DNA from: Thermoplasmatota archaeon
Lineage (GTDB): Archaea; Thermoplasmatota; E2; UBA202; JdFR-43
NCBI GenBank assembly: GCA_029259055.1
Contig: JAPDJP010000012.1
Location: 59,883 to 123,882, forward strand
DNA length: 64,000 bases
Reading direction: 5' to 3'
Shown here piece by piece: positions 8,479 through 17,992 of this stretch. The notes under the pieces were generated by a model. It ran no database searches and was not told the DNA's origin. It saw only the letters and a program-made list of their open reading frames with translations. Each line of letters opens with the position of its first letter. The stretch's first letter is position 1. Made by a program: the position numbers and the translations under genes.

Positions 8479-10128
8479 TTATAAAATTAAGGAGGCCATG
8501 TATAAACCAATGCAAATCAAGAAAATACCTATTATCAATTTTATATAGGCATAACTTTTTTTCTGCATTTCTCCTATTTCTTTAGCTGAATAGCCATAAT
8601 AAAACAGGGAAAGAATGATTAACAATGGGAGTATAAACATAAAATTATATACCATTAAGTAAAGGAGAGCGGTTAGCTTTAAGGAACTTGTTCCTTGTAT
8701 TACTGCTGTGAGAGTAGGAATATAAACCTGTCCAGTACAAACAAGTTCAATAGCGGAAATTATCGCTCCAGCTGAAAAAGAAATTATCGCCAAAACAATT
8801 ATTTTTTTATCTTCGGTGATTCTCCTTATTATTCTCCCTCTTCTCTTCTTGATAAATGAAGGAAGTTGGAGAATGATTCTCTTTCCTTTTTTCGCAATAA
8901 AAAAATCAATTATACTAATAGAACCAATTATTATTGCAGCTATTCCTATCGTGGTATAAAGGTAGAGAGATGCAATTTCCCTTATCGCATCTAAAAAATG
9001 TAGTAAACCAAGCCCTATCAAAAAATAAGATATATAAACTCCCACAGCAAATGCTAAACCAACAGGAAGAATTGCTTTTTTCCTTTTAACTCTTTCCAAA
9101 TAAGCAATGAAAAATATTAGAGTTGCAAAAGCACAAGGATTTATTCCATCCAAAAGACCGCCAACTATTACTGTAAGTAAAGTCCATTCTTTAAATTCTT
9201 CTTCAATGTTTTCCTTTCCTAATTCTGGACAGCATAATCCAGTGCCAAGCCATTTCCTTATTTCGTTTTCGATTTCTTTAGCTTGGCTTACAGAATAAAA
9301 GAATTTATCTCCTATAAAAATATTAGCTGCTCTCATTCTCGTTATGTTGTATTTTTTATATAAGTAATTCAGCATTTCTGCATTTTCTGGTATTGTCTTA
9401 ACATATTTTCTTATTTCAAGAGGATATTTTTTGCTTAATGAATACAAAAAATCTTTAACTTTTTGGCATGATGGGCAACCCGGTGTATAGAAAAATAATA
9501 TGCATATTTTTTTCTCTTCATAAAAAGATGGGAAAGAAATACCAACTTTTTCATATTTCTTTGCCTCCTTTATTATAGATGAAATATTATTTACATAATA
9601 CAAATTTTCTCCAATAAAAACTGCGGGAGTCTTATCAACTCTTTTCTTTATTTCTTCATTTTCATTGATATTTACTCTATCTATTCTTATATAGCTTATA
9701 TTTTCTTCCAATGAATCCATTAATTTGCTTACATTTTCCTTATCATATACAATAAGGATACAAACTGGTTTAGGATAAATTATTTCTCCATCTTTTATAG
9801 GGATTTCAACATTAAAATTTTTAAATTCTTCCAAATCTTTCAACAATCTCTCTCCTTCGTTTTCTTCTCCTAAATAATACCATTCATTTCCAACAAAAAT
9901 GCTCGGTAAATTTTCTTCTGCATCATATGCTTTTATTAAAGATTTAAATAAGGATTCATTTCCCTCATATTTATACTTATGTATATTGACAAATGTTAAA
10001 TTTTGGAGTTTTTCCATAAAGGATGGAGAGCATTCCTTATTTTCTGAATAAAAATAGACCATATTTACTTCTGCTGCGCTAAGTTTCGCAAATAGGATTA
10101 ACAACATTACAATCAATATTTTTTTCAT
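8479..10128 (-). CDS. Thiol:disulfide interchange membrane protein: N-terminal thioredoxin/glutaredoxin-like domain(s) fused to a DsbD/CcdA-like transmembrane core
   Basis: Probable true start is MKKILIVMLLILFAKLSA (signal peptide) just after the thiC stop. CPSC redox motif, then GINPCAFATLIFFIAYL (CcdA/DsbD TM Cys) and multiple TM helices. Confidence 0.6.
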   Translation of the reverse strand: MKKILIVMLLILFAKLSAAEVNMVYFYSENKECSPSFMEKLQNLTFVNIHKYKYEGNESLFKSLIKAYDAEENLPSIFVGNEWYYLGEENEGERLLKDLEEFKNFNVEIPIKDGEIIYPKPVCILIVYDKENVSKLMDSLEENISYIRIDRVNINENEEIKKRVDKTPAVFIGENLYYVNNISSIIKEAKKYEKVGISFPSFYEEKKICILFFYTPGCPSCQKVKDFLYSLSKKYPLEIRKYVKTIPENAEMLNYLYKKYNITRMRAANIFIGDKFFYSVSQAKEIENEIRKWLGTGLCCPELGKENIEEEFKEWTLLTVIVGGLLDGINPCAFATLIFFIAYLERVKRKKAILPVGLAFAVGVYISYFLIGLGLLHFLDAIREIASLYLYTTIGIAAIIIGSISIIDFFIAKKGKRIILQLPSFIKKRRGRIIRRITEDKKIIVLAIISFSAGAIISAIELVCTGQVYIPTLTAVIQGTSSLKLTALLYLMVYNFMFILPLLIILSLFYYGYSAKEIGEMQKKSYAYIKLIIGIFLICIGLYMASLIL

Positions 10129-11399
10129 TTTCCTTCCAGATATTTTCTGACAATTTCTATTGCACACAACTCACCACACATTGAACATGTTGAGGATTGT
10201 GTCGGTCTTCTTTTTCTATATTCAATAGCTTTTTTGGCATCAATAGCAAGTTCAAACATTTTCTTCCAGTTAAGATTTGCTCTCGCTTCTGAAAATTCTT
10301 TGTCTAATTCCAAATCAATGCCTCTCGCAATGTTTGCAGCATGGGCAGCTATTTTTGTAACAATTACTCCTTCCCTTACATCTTCAACATTTGGTAATGC
10401 AAGATGTTCTGCAGGAGTTACATAGCAAAGAAAATCAGCTCCATAATAACCAGCTAAAGCCCCTCCAATCCCCCCAACAATATGATCATAACCAGGAGCT
10501 ATATCTGTCACAAGGGGACCTAATACAAAATAAGGAGCTTCTCTCGTAACTTTTTTCATTATTCGAATGTTAGCCTCTATATCATTTAATGGCATATGCC
10601 CCGGCCCCTCCACCATGGTTTGGACTCCTTTTTCTCTCGCTTTTTCAACCAACTCCCCAACAATCAATAATTCTTGGAATTTTGCTCGGTCATTTGAATC
10701 ATTTATCGCTCCGCTCCTCATACCATCTCCCAAACTTAAAGTTAAATCATATTCTTTTGCTATCTCCAATAAATAATCAAAGTCTTTGTATAAAGGATTT
10801 TCTTCCTCATGATAAAGAATCCAAGCAATATGGAAAGCCCCTCCTCTCGAAACCATTGGTATAAGCCTTTTTTGTTTTTTTAATCTTTCAACGCTTGTTT
10901 TTGTCACTCCAACGTGAGCAACGGCGAAATCGACACCTTGTTTAGCTTGCTTTTCAAAGGAATTAAACATATCATCGGCGGTCATTTCTACAATTGCGCC
11001 TTTTTTTCTCATTGCTTCTATACCAGCTTGATAAATTGGGACTGTTCCAAAAGGAACATTTACAACTTTTAACAATTCAAGTCTTATTTTATCTAAATCT
11101 CCCCCAGTTGATAAGTCCATAACCGCATCAGCCCCTGCTTCTATTGCTGCCTTTGCTTTTTCAACTTCCTCCTCAATATTGCAGTAATCCATAGAAGTGC
11201 CAATATTTGCATTTACTTTTACTCTTAATCCTTTTCCTATTCCTAAAGGAGAAGGAGAATGGATCGGATTATATGGTATAATTATTTTTCCTTCTGCAAC
11301 CCTTCTCCTAATAATTTCCGCATCAATTTTTTCAGCTTCTGCAACTTTTTTAATCTCTTCTGTTATTATTCCTCTTTTTGCCTCTTCCATTAAAGTCAT
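10125..11399 (-). CDS. thiC: Phosphomethylpyrimidine synthase ThiC
   Basis: 424 aa with strong ThiC family similarity across the protein. C-terminal CSMCGELCAIE Fe-S motif. Confidence 0.9.
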   Translation of the reverse strand: MTLMEEAKRGIITEEIKKVAEAEKIDAEIIRRRVAEGKIIIPYNPIHSPSPLGIGKGLRVKVNANIGTSMDYCNIEEEVEKAKAAIEAGADAVMDLSTGGDLDKIRLELLKVVNVPFGTVPIYQAGIEAMRKKGAIVEMTADDMFNSFEKQAKQGVDFAVAHVGVTKTSVERLKKQKRLIPMVSRGGAFHIAWILYHEEENPLYKDFDYLLEIAKEYDLTLSLGDGMRSGAINDSNDRAKFQELLIVGELVEKAREKGVQTMVEGPGHMPLNDIEANIRIMKKVTREAPYFVLGPLVTDIAPGYDHIVGGIGGALAGYYGADFLCYVTPAEHLALPNVEDVREGVIVTKIAAHAANIARGIDLELDKEFSEARANLNWKKMFELAIDAKKAIEYRKRRPTQSSTCSMCGELCAIEIVRKYLEGK

Positions 11400-11417
11400 T
11401 GTTCGTGATAAGGATAA

Positions 11418-12281
11418 TCACATATTAAATTTTCTAAGCCTATACGCCATTAATAAATAAACAACAATATCTCTCTTATACTTTCCAAATTTTTTAACAA
11501 ATTCTTTTATTACTGTTGGAGGTTGTAACTCATCAAAATAAAAATATGAAATAGCTTTTCTTACTCCTAAATCATCAGTAGGGATTATATTTAGGCCTAT
11601 TGAAGCAGCCATTACAAGCTCTGCAGTCCATTTTCCTATTCCTTTAAATGAGGTTAGTTCATTGAATATTTCTTCTGGTTTTTTATTCCTCAATTTTTCG
11701 GGATCGAAACCATTCAATACTTCTTGCGAAAAATTCTTTATATATTCTGCCTTTCTATAACTCAATCCGCACTTTCTTAATTCTTCTATTTTTGCGCTTG
11801 CAAGTTTATGTGGCAATGGAAAATCATAAACAAGTTCGTTCATATATTTTGTTTTCATTCCATACTTTTTTACAATATTGGATATGATATGGTTTGCAAT
11901 TTTAAGAGATATTTGTTGTTGTACTATAGCCTTTATTATTCCTTCATAAACACTAATAGACATTAAACCTGCTCTTCCAAATCCATGTAATTCTCTTTTT
12001 ATTTTTCTTAATATGCTATCTTTTTCCATAAAATCATATAAATTTTTGGGATTTTTTATTCCGTGATATTTAAAAACCAAATTTTCTATCTCTTTTGTTT
12101 TCTTAGGGGAATAAAAATATAGTAAATTATCTTTCCCCTCAACAATTACTGGGATTCCATTTAACATTCTCATCCATTTATTTCCTTTGATTATACATGG
12201 AGTTGGCTGATTAGGCAAAATAGAAAATTTTAGTTTAAGTTGCCATTTAAAAGGAAAATTCAATTTAATTTTCCATTTCAT
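11418..12281 (-). CDS. HhH-GPD DNA glycosylase (AlkA/Ogg-like: 3-methyladenine or 8-oxoG glycosylase)
   Basis: 287 aa. Helix-hairpin-helix GPD region ...FKGIGKWTAELVMAASIGLNIIPTDDLGVRKA. Confidence 0.65.
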   Translation of the reverse strand: MKWKIKLNFPFKWQLKLKFSILPNQPTPCIIKGNKWMRMLNGIPVIVEGKDNLLYFYSPKKTKEIENLVFKYHGIKNPKNLYDFMEKDSILRKIKRELHGFGRAGLMSISVYEGIIKAIVQQQISLKIANHIISNIVKKYGMKTKYMNELVYDFPLPHKLASAKIEELRKCGLSYRKAEYIKNFSQEVLNGFDPEKLRNKKPEEIFNELTSFKGIGKWTAELVMAASIGLNIIPTDDLGVRKAISYFYFDELQPPTVIKEFVKKFGKYKRDIVVYLLMAYRLRKFNM

Positions 12282-13158
12282 TTTTTCTTTTAGTAGCTAA
12301 AATATGCGCCTGTCTTATTGGTTCAGGAGTGCTATATTTCATAAAATTTTTTGTTATTTGATAAGCTGTTTCAATGCTAATTTTATTTCCAGGGGAAACA
12401 AAAATTTTTCCCAATTTCCTTCCTACTTTTCTTCCATTTATATAAACATATCCATCTCTTATTTTTCCATACAATAATTTTTTGGCTATCCCAATTGTTA
12501 CCATATCATTAATTACTCCAAAATGACAAGCGATTCCAAAAAAACGAGGATGTAACAATCCGTTTCCATCTATCATAACTATACTTGGATTTTCATTTCT
12601 TATAAGTTCATTCAAAATGGGCAACTCTCTATATGCTAAATAAGTTGGAATATATGGAAATTCAATTTTTTTCTCAATAATTTTTTGTTTAATTATATCT
12701 CCTTTTAAATTAAATTCAACATATGCACCATATGCTACATTTTTACCATAAGCAACATCCATACCAGCAATACTATTCAATTCAAAATCATCATTTAATG
12801 AGATTTTCTTTTTTAGATTTTCTTGCTCTTTTCTCAGTTTTTTTAAAGGATAATCCGTGATAAAATCATTAAATAAAAATTTTTTTAAATCAATTTTACC
12901 CTTTATTATTTCAACTCCGTCTCTTTTTAGTAATTCTATTTTCTTTTCTACACCATGAGCATATCCTCCTATACTGCCATCACTTTTCACAACCCTATAA
13001 CATGGAACATCCTTATATGGATTCTCATTTAGCATTTTTCCAACTGCTCTCGAAGCTATTATATCTCCCAAAGCCAATGCTATATGTCCATAAGTAGATA
13101 CTTTTCCTTTTGGAATTTGCTTCACCAACTCGTAGGTTTTTTTGTATAGGTTTATCAT
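12265..13158 (-). CDS. Fusion protein: N-terminal O6-alkylguanine-DNA alkyltransferase (MGMT/Ogt) domain plus C-terminal endonuclease V (Nfi) domain
   Basis: The track ORF begins at TTG (13185); the first ATG gives MINLYKK... at 13158. The N-terminal ~90 aa carry the PCYRVV motif (PCHRVV-type alkyl-acceptor Cys). The remainder (DVAYGK...YIPTYLAYRE...IVMIDGNGLLHPRFFGIACHFG...) matches EndoV. Confidence 0.75.
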   Translation of the reverse strand: MINLYKKTYELVKQIPKGKVSTYGHIALALGDIIASRAVGKMLNENPYKDVPCYRVVKSDGSIGGYAHGVEKKIELLKRDGVEIIKGKIDLKKFLFNDFITDYPLKKLRKEQENLKKKISLNDDFELNSIAGMDVAYGKNVAYGAYVEFNLKGDIIKQKIIEKKIEFPYIPTYLAYRELPILNELIRNENPSIVMIDGNGLLHPRFFGIACHFGVINDMVTIGIAKKLLYGKIRDGYVYINGRKVGRKLGKIFVSPGNKISIETAYQITKNFMKYSTPEPIRQAHILATKRKNEMEN

Positions 13159-13170
13159 GTTGCTCTTGTG

Positions 13171-13222
13171 CCTCCGCCTCGTCAAGGCGATTCATTATTC
13201 CTCGCCTCTCCGCAGGCGGAGG
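13171..13222. promoter_or_regulatory. GC-rich nested inverted repeat (9-bp perfect stem CCTCCGCCT / AGGCGGAGG, inner AGGCGA / TCGCCT) in a divergent promoter region
   Basis: Direct reading shows cctccgcct at 13171-13179 and aggcggagg at 13214-13222. It is an isolated GC island in AT-rich intergenic DNA between the ogt-nfi operon start and dnaG. Confidence 0.4.
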
Positions 13223-13331
13223 CTAATTTTTAAATACAAACTCAAATATAATTTTTCTTTTATGATGAATATAACCGTGATAATGATTACAAAAAGTTTT
13301 AATAATAGTTGGCATTAAAGCTTGTCAGGAG

Positions 13332-14483
<1,152 letters not shown>

Positions 14484-14484
14484 A

Positions 14485-15015
14485 ATGTATTCAAAAAAAG
14501 TTATGGAACATTTCTTAAACCCTCGCAATAAAGGTAAATTAGAAAATGCAGATGCTGTAGGCAGGGTGGGTAATCCAATTTGTGGAGATGTAATGTATAT
14601 TTATATTAAAGTTGAGGATAATAAAATAGTTGATATAGGTTGGGAAACAATGGGATGTGCAGCGGCGATAGCAACTTCTTCAATGGTGAGCGAGCTGGCG
14701 AAAGGGAAGAGTTTAGAAGATGCAATGAAAATAGAGAAAAAAGATATTGCCGATGCTTTAGAAGGATTGCCACCAATAAAAATGCACTGTAGTAATTTGG
14801 CATCGGAAGGATTGCATAAAGCTATTAAAAATTATTTAAATAGGGAAAAAATAATAGAAAAATTTAAGGAAGTTGTTGGGGAGGAAGATGCTAAAGCATT
14901 ATATATGCTTGGCATATCCGATTTAAAAGAGCTAAAAGATGTGACTCTTGAGGAAATTGCTAATATAATAAGCAAAGAAGGCTTGGAAAAATTGAGAAAA
15001 TATTTCAAAAAATGA
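14485..15015 (+). CDS. NifU/IscU-type Fe-S cluster scaffold protein
   Basis: 176 aa. GNPICGDVM, GCAAAIATSS and KMHCSNLASE are the three conserved IscU Cys sites. Confidence 0.8.
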   Translation: MYSKKVMEHFLNPRNKGKLENADAVGRVGNPICGDVMYIYIKVEDNKIVDIGWETMGCAAAIATSSMVSELAKGKSLEDAMKIEKKDIADALEGLPPIKMHCSNLASEGLHKAIKNYLNREKIIEKFKEVVGEEDAKALYMLGISDLKELKDVTLEEIANIISKEGLEKLRKYFKK

Positions 15016-15503
15016 TATTGGTTTTTACGGGAGATGGAAAAGGAAAAACAACATCCGCTTTTGGAATGGCTATAAGGGCAATAGGTCATCAAAAAAAAGT
15101 TATTATCATCCAGTTCTTAAAAAAGGGGAAATACGGAGAAACAAAACTTTTTGAAAAATTAGGAATAGAGATTTATCAATTTGGGAGGAAAGATTTTGTT
15201 CTTGAAGCAACAAAGGAAGACTATGAAATGGCTCAAAAAGCGTTAAAAAAAGCCTATGAAAAACTAAAAGAAAAGCCTTTCCTTCTAATTCTTGATGAAG
15301 TAAATGTCGCCATTGATATGGGATTAATTAAATTAAAGGATGTTATTGATTTACTGAAAAAGGCAGAAGAAACGCATATTATATTAACAGGGAGAAATGC
15401 ACCTCAAGAATTAATAAAATATGCTGATTTAGTTACAGAAATGAAAAAGATTAAGCATTACTATGATATGGGCATAAAAGCTATTGAGGGGCTGGAATAT
15501 TAA
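15012..15503 (+). CDS. ATP:cob(I)alamin adenosyltransferase (CobA/BtuR/CobO family, P-loop)
   Basis: 163 aa. N-terminus ILVFTGDGKGKTTSAFGMAIRA is the P-loop signature of CobA/BtuR. Confidence 0.7.
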   Translation: MILVFTGDGKGKTTSAFGMAIRAIGHQKKVIIIQFLKKGKYGETKLFEKLGIEIYQFGRKDFVLEATKEDYEMAQKALKKAYEKLKEKPFLLILDEVNVAIDMGLIKLKDVIDLLKKAEETHIILTGRNAPQELIKYADLVTEMKKIKHYYDMGIKAIEGLEY

Positions 15504-15508
15504 AATGA

Positions 15509-16366
15509 TTAGCATTTTTTCCTTAACTTACAAAACTTACATATTTTTCCATATGAAGCATAACCGCATTTAATGCATTTATTCAAATTCACTTCTTCTC
15601 TTATTTTTTCTTCGATTCTCCAAAAACTTCTCGCCATATTAAGTAGCATGCCCGGCATTTCCGTCTCCATCTCATGAAGCCATCTTTTTAGTCGCAACGT
15701 TGGAGCATTTTCTGCATGAGGACATTCTTCTTCTGCATACGGCAATTCATTTATCATTGCGTATAGCATGCATTCCTTATCCTTTAAATAATAAATTGGC
15801 TTAACTTTCGCCACCAGCTTATATTCCAAATTTTCTTCCAAAAATGGCTTATTTCCTCTGAAATTTAAAATGTTCCCAGTAATAACATTATTCATTGCAA
15901 AAGTAACTACATCGCTTAAATTATGACCGGTAGCAACATATTTACAATTATTTTCATATGCAAATTTGTTCATTAAGTATCTTTTTGCTGTTCCACAAAT
16001 ACTGCAAGGCTTTTCATATTTTTCTAAATCTATTCCATACTCCTCAAGATAAATAACTTCTAAATCATATCCCAATAAATTGCAAAGTTTCTCAGCCTCT
16101 ACTTGACATTTATTTGAATAATATTTTATTCCCAAATTTATATGAAATGGGAGTAAATCAAATTTAAATTTATTTAATGCGTGAAAGCAAGCGGAAGAAT
16201 CTTTTCCTCCAGATAATGCAACTGCAATTTTTCCTCTTATATTAAACTTATCTATTACACTTCTCACCTTTCCTAAAAAATATTTAATGAAATGTTCTTC
16301 ACAATATGCTTTTCCATATGCTTCTTCTATAGCTTCTTTATTGCAATAGTAGCACTTCATTTCCAA
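15509..16366 (-). CDS. PP-loop tRNA thiolation enzyme (TtuA/Ncs6/TtcA family) with N- and C-terminal zinc fingers
   Basis: 285 aa. SGGKDS PP-loop motif. CxxC...C at the N-terminus and CIKCGY...CKFCK at the C-terminus. Confidence 0.75.
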   Translation of the reverse strand: MEMKCYYCNKEAIEEAYGKAYCEEHFIKYFLGKVRSVIDKFNIRGKIAVALSGGKDSSACFHALNKFKFDLLPFHINLGIKYYSNKCQVEAEKLCNLLGYDLEVIYLEEYGIDLEKYEKPCSICGTAKRYLMNKFAYENNCKYVATGHNLSDVVTFAMNNVITGNILNFRGNKPFLEENLEYKLVAKVKPIYYLKDKECMLYAMINELPYAEEECPHAENAPTLRLKRWLHEMETEMPGMLLNMARSFWRIEEKIREEVNLNKCIKCGYASYGKICKFCKLRKKC

Positions 16367-16407
16367 AGATTTATCTATTAGTTATACATTTCTTTTTTGG
16401 TGCTAAA

Positions 16408-16791
16408 ATGAAGGAGATGGCGGAGGTTAGAGAGCTAAAAGCGAATCGATATATAATTATTGATGATGAACCATGTAAAATATTGAGCATAACTACTTCA
16501 AAGCCAGGTAAACATGGAGAAGCGAAAGCAAGGATAGAGGCAATAGGTGTTTTTGATAATCAAAAAAGAAGCGTCATATATCCAGTACGTCATAAAGTAG
16601 CTGTCCCAATCATTGATAAAAGAACTGCTCAAGTAATATCAGTTATGGGAGACAAAGCTCAATTGATGGATTTAGAAACCTATGATACATTTGAAATAGA
16701 AATACCAGAGGAGTTAAAGGATAAAATAGCAGAAGGGAAAGAAGTTGAATATATACAGGCATTGGGCAAAAGAAAAATAACAAGAGCATGA
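16408..16791 (+). CDS. Translation initiation factor 5A (aIF-5A, hypusine-containing)
   Basis: 127 aa. [12 protein letters not shown] hypusination loop. Confidence 0.9.
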   Translation: MKEMAEVRELKANRYIIIDDEPCKILSITTSKPGKHGEAKARIEAIGVFDNQKRSVIYPVRHKVAVPIIDKRTAQVISVMGDKAQLMDLETYDTFEIEIPEELKDKIAEGKEVEYIQALGKRKITRA

Positions 16792-17585
16792 AATTTGCAG
16801 ATGCCGAGCAGGGTTACGAGGAATCCCATTTTATTATTTTTGGCATACCATATGAAGATGAAGAAATGTCATTTCGTAATGGCACAAAAGAGGCACCAGA
16901 TTTTATAAGATATGTAAGCTGGGACTATGAAAGCTACAATATAACAAACGGCATCGATTTACAAGAAATACCAATACATGATGCAGGAAATCTTGGTATA
17001 GAAGAAGCTACACGATTCATAAGAAGGGTAATAAAGGATGGAAAAATACCAATTGCTATAGGAGGAGCGCATTCCATCACTCCTTTTCTAATTTCTTCTT
17101 TAAAAAATACAATAGATTTTGGCGTCGTCATTTTAGATGCCCATTTAGATTTTAGGGATGAGTATATGGGTGATAAAAAAAGCCATGCTTGCACAGCAAG
17201 AAGAATTTATGAGTTGGTTGGAAAAGAAAAAATTATTTCTTTAGGAGTAAGGTCCGCCTCTAAAGAGGAAATAGAGGATGCAAAAAAGCTTGGATTTATT
17301 TATTATTCCTCATTGAACAGCGATATAAATTTTGATAAAATTTATTTAAGTATCGATATAGATGTATTCGACCCATGTTATGCGCCAGGCGTAAGCAATC
17401 CGGAGCCTATGGGCTTAGGATATGAAGTATTGGATTTTATTAAAAATTTAGCTGGGAAAGTAATTGCATTGGATGTGGTAGAGGTTTGTCCTCCATATGA
17501 TGATGAAAGAGCTTCTTTATTGGCGGCAAAGCTTATAAGAGATTTTATAACATGGAAAGTTAGTTATAAGAAATTTGGAAAGTAA
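16788..17585 (+). CDS. speB: Agmatinase (arginase/ureohydrolase family)
   Basis: 265 aa with arginase-fold Mn-binding segments GGAHSIT, DAHLDF and SIDIDVFDP. Conserved archaeal neighbour of aIF5A. Confidence 0.85.
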   Translation: MKFADAEQGYEESHFIIFGIPYEDEEMSFRNGTKEAPDFIRYVSWDYESYNITNGIDLQEIPIHDAGNLGIEEATRFIRRVIKDGKIPIAIGGAHSITPFLISSLKNTIDFGVVILDAHLDFRDEYMGDKKSHACTARRIYELVGKEKIISLGVRSASKEEIEDAKKLGFIYYSSLNSDINFDKIYLSIDIDVFDPCYAPGVSNPEPMGLGYEVLDFIKNLAGKVIALDVVEVCPPYDDERASLLAAKLIRDFITWKVSYKKFGK

Positions 17586-17946
17586 TGGTTTTTATTGTTT
17601 CGTTATTTCCAGCATTATCTATACTGTAATATTGAAGTATATGCGAACCTTCTTCTGAAATAACTAATTGATTTGTATATTCATTCCAACCCTCATTATC
17701 TAAGTTATATAGAGTTACATTTACACCCGAGTGTTCATCATAAGATTCCAGCGAAATGTAAACGGTTTTTCTATATATCCCTCCTATACCAATCCCACTT
17801 ATTATAACGTTTGTTTGCGGAGACAAGGTATCAACTTTTATTTGGATGGATTTAGTTATTTCTTTATTTCCTGCCCAGTCAATGCTATAAAAATAAATTT
17901 CGTGTATCTCATCTTCTGATAAATAGAAAGGTCCATTATATGTCAT
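17560..17946 (-). pseudogene. Apparently frameshifted 3' portion of the upstream gene, carrying Ig-like YSxDxAGNxE repeat domains. Together with 17993..20410 it would form a single ~930-aa gene.
   Basis: Its reading frame stays open upstream of its ATG to 18015 (..FHFTATDDLTTPTTYYKIDNGQWMTYNGPFY..), overlapping the end of the 805-aa frame. Two copies of the YxSIDxAGNxE motif. The T4 and A4 homopolymer runs lie in the 20-nt overlap. Confidence 0.5.
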
Positions 17947-17992
17947 CCACTGGCCATTATCTATTTTATAGTAGGTGGTAGGAGTTGTTAAA

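Noticed and set aside
13168-13226. GC-rich patch examined as a possible tRNA fragment or other structured RNA gene
   Set aside because: It is only ~55 nt, with no T-loop (GTTCRANYC) or anticodon-arm pattern. It is reported instead as a regulatory hairpin.
13259-13330. Possible C/D-box sRNA: ATGATGA (C-box-like) at 13261 followed by a TGAT/AATGATT segment
   Set aside because: No CTGA D or D' boxes at appropriate spacing and no terminal stem. It is probably just AT-rich promoter sequence for dnaG.
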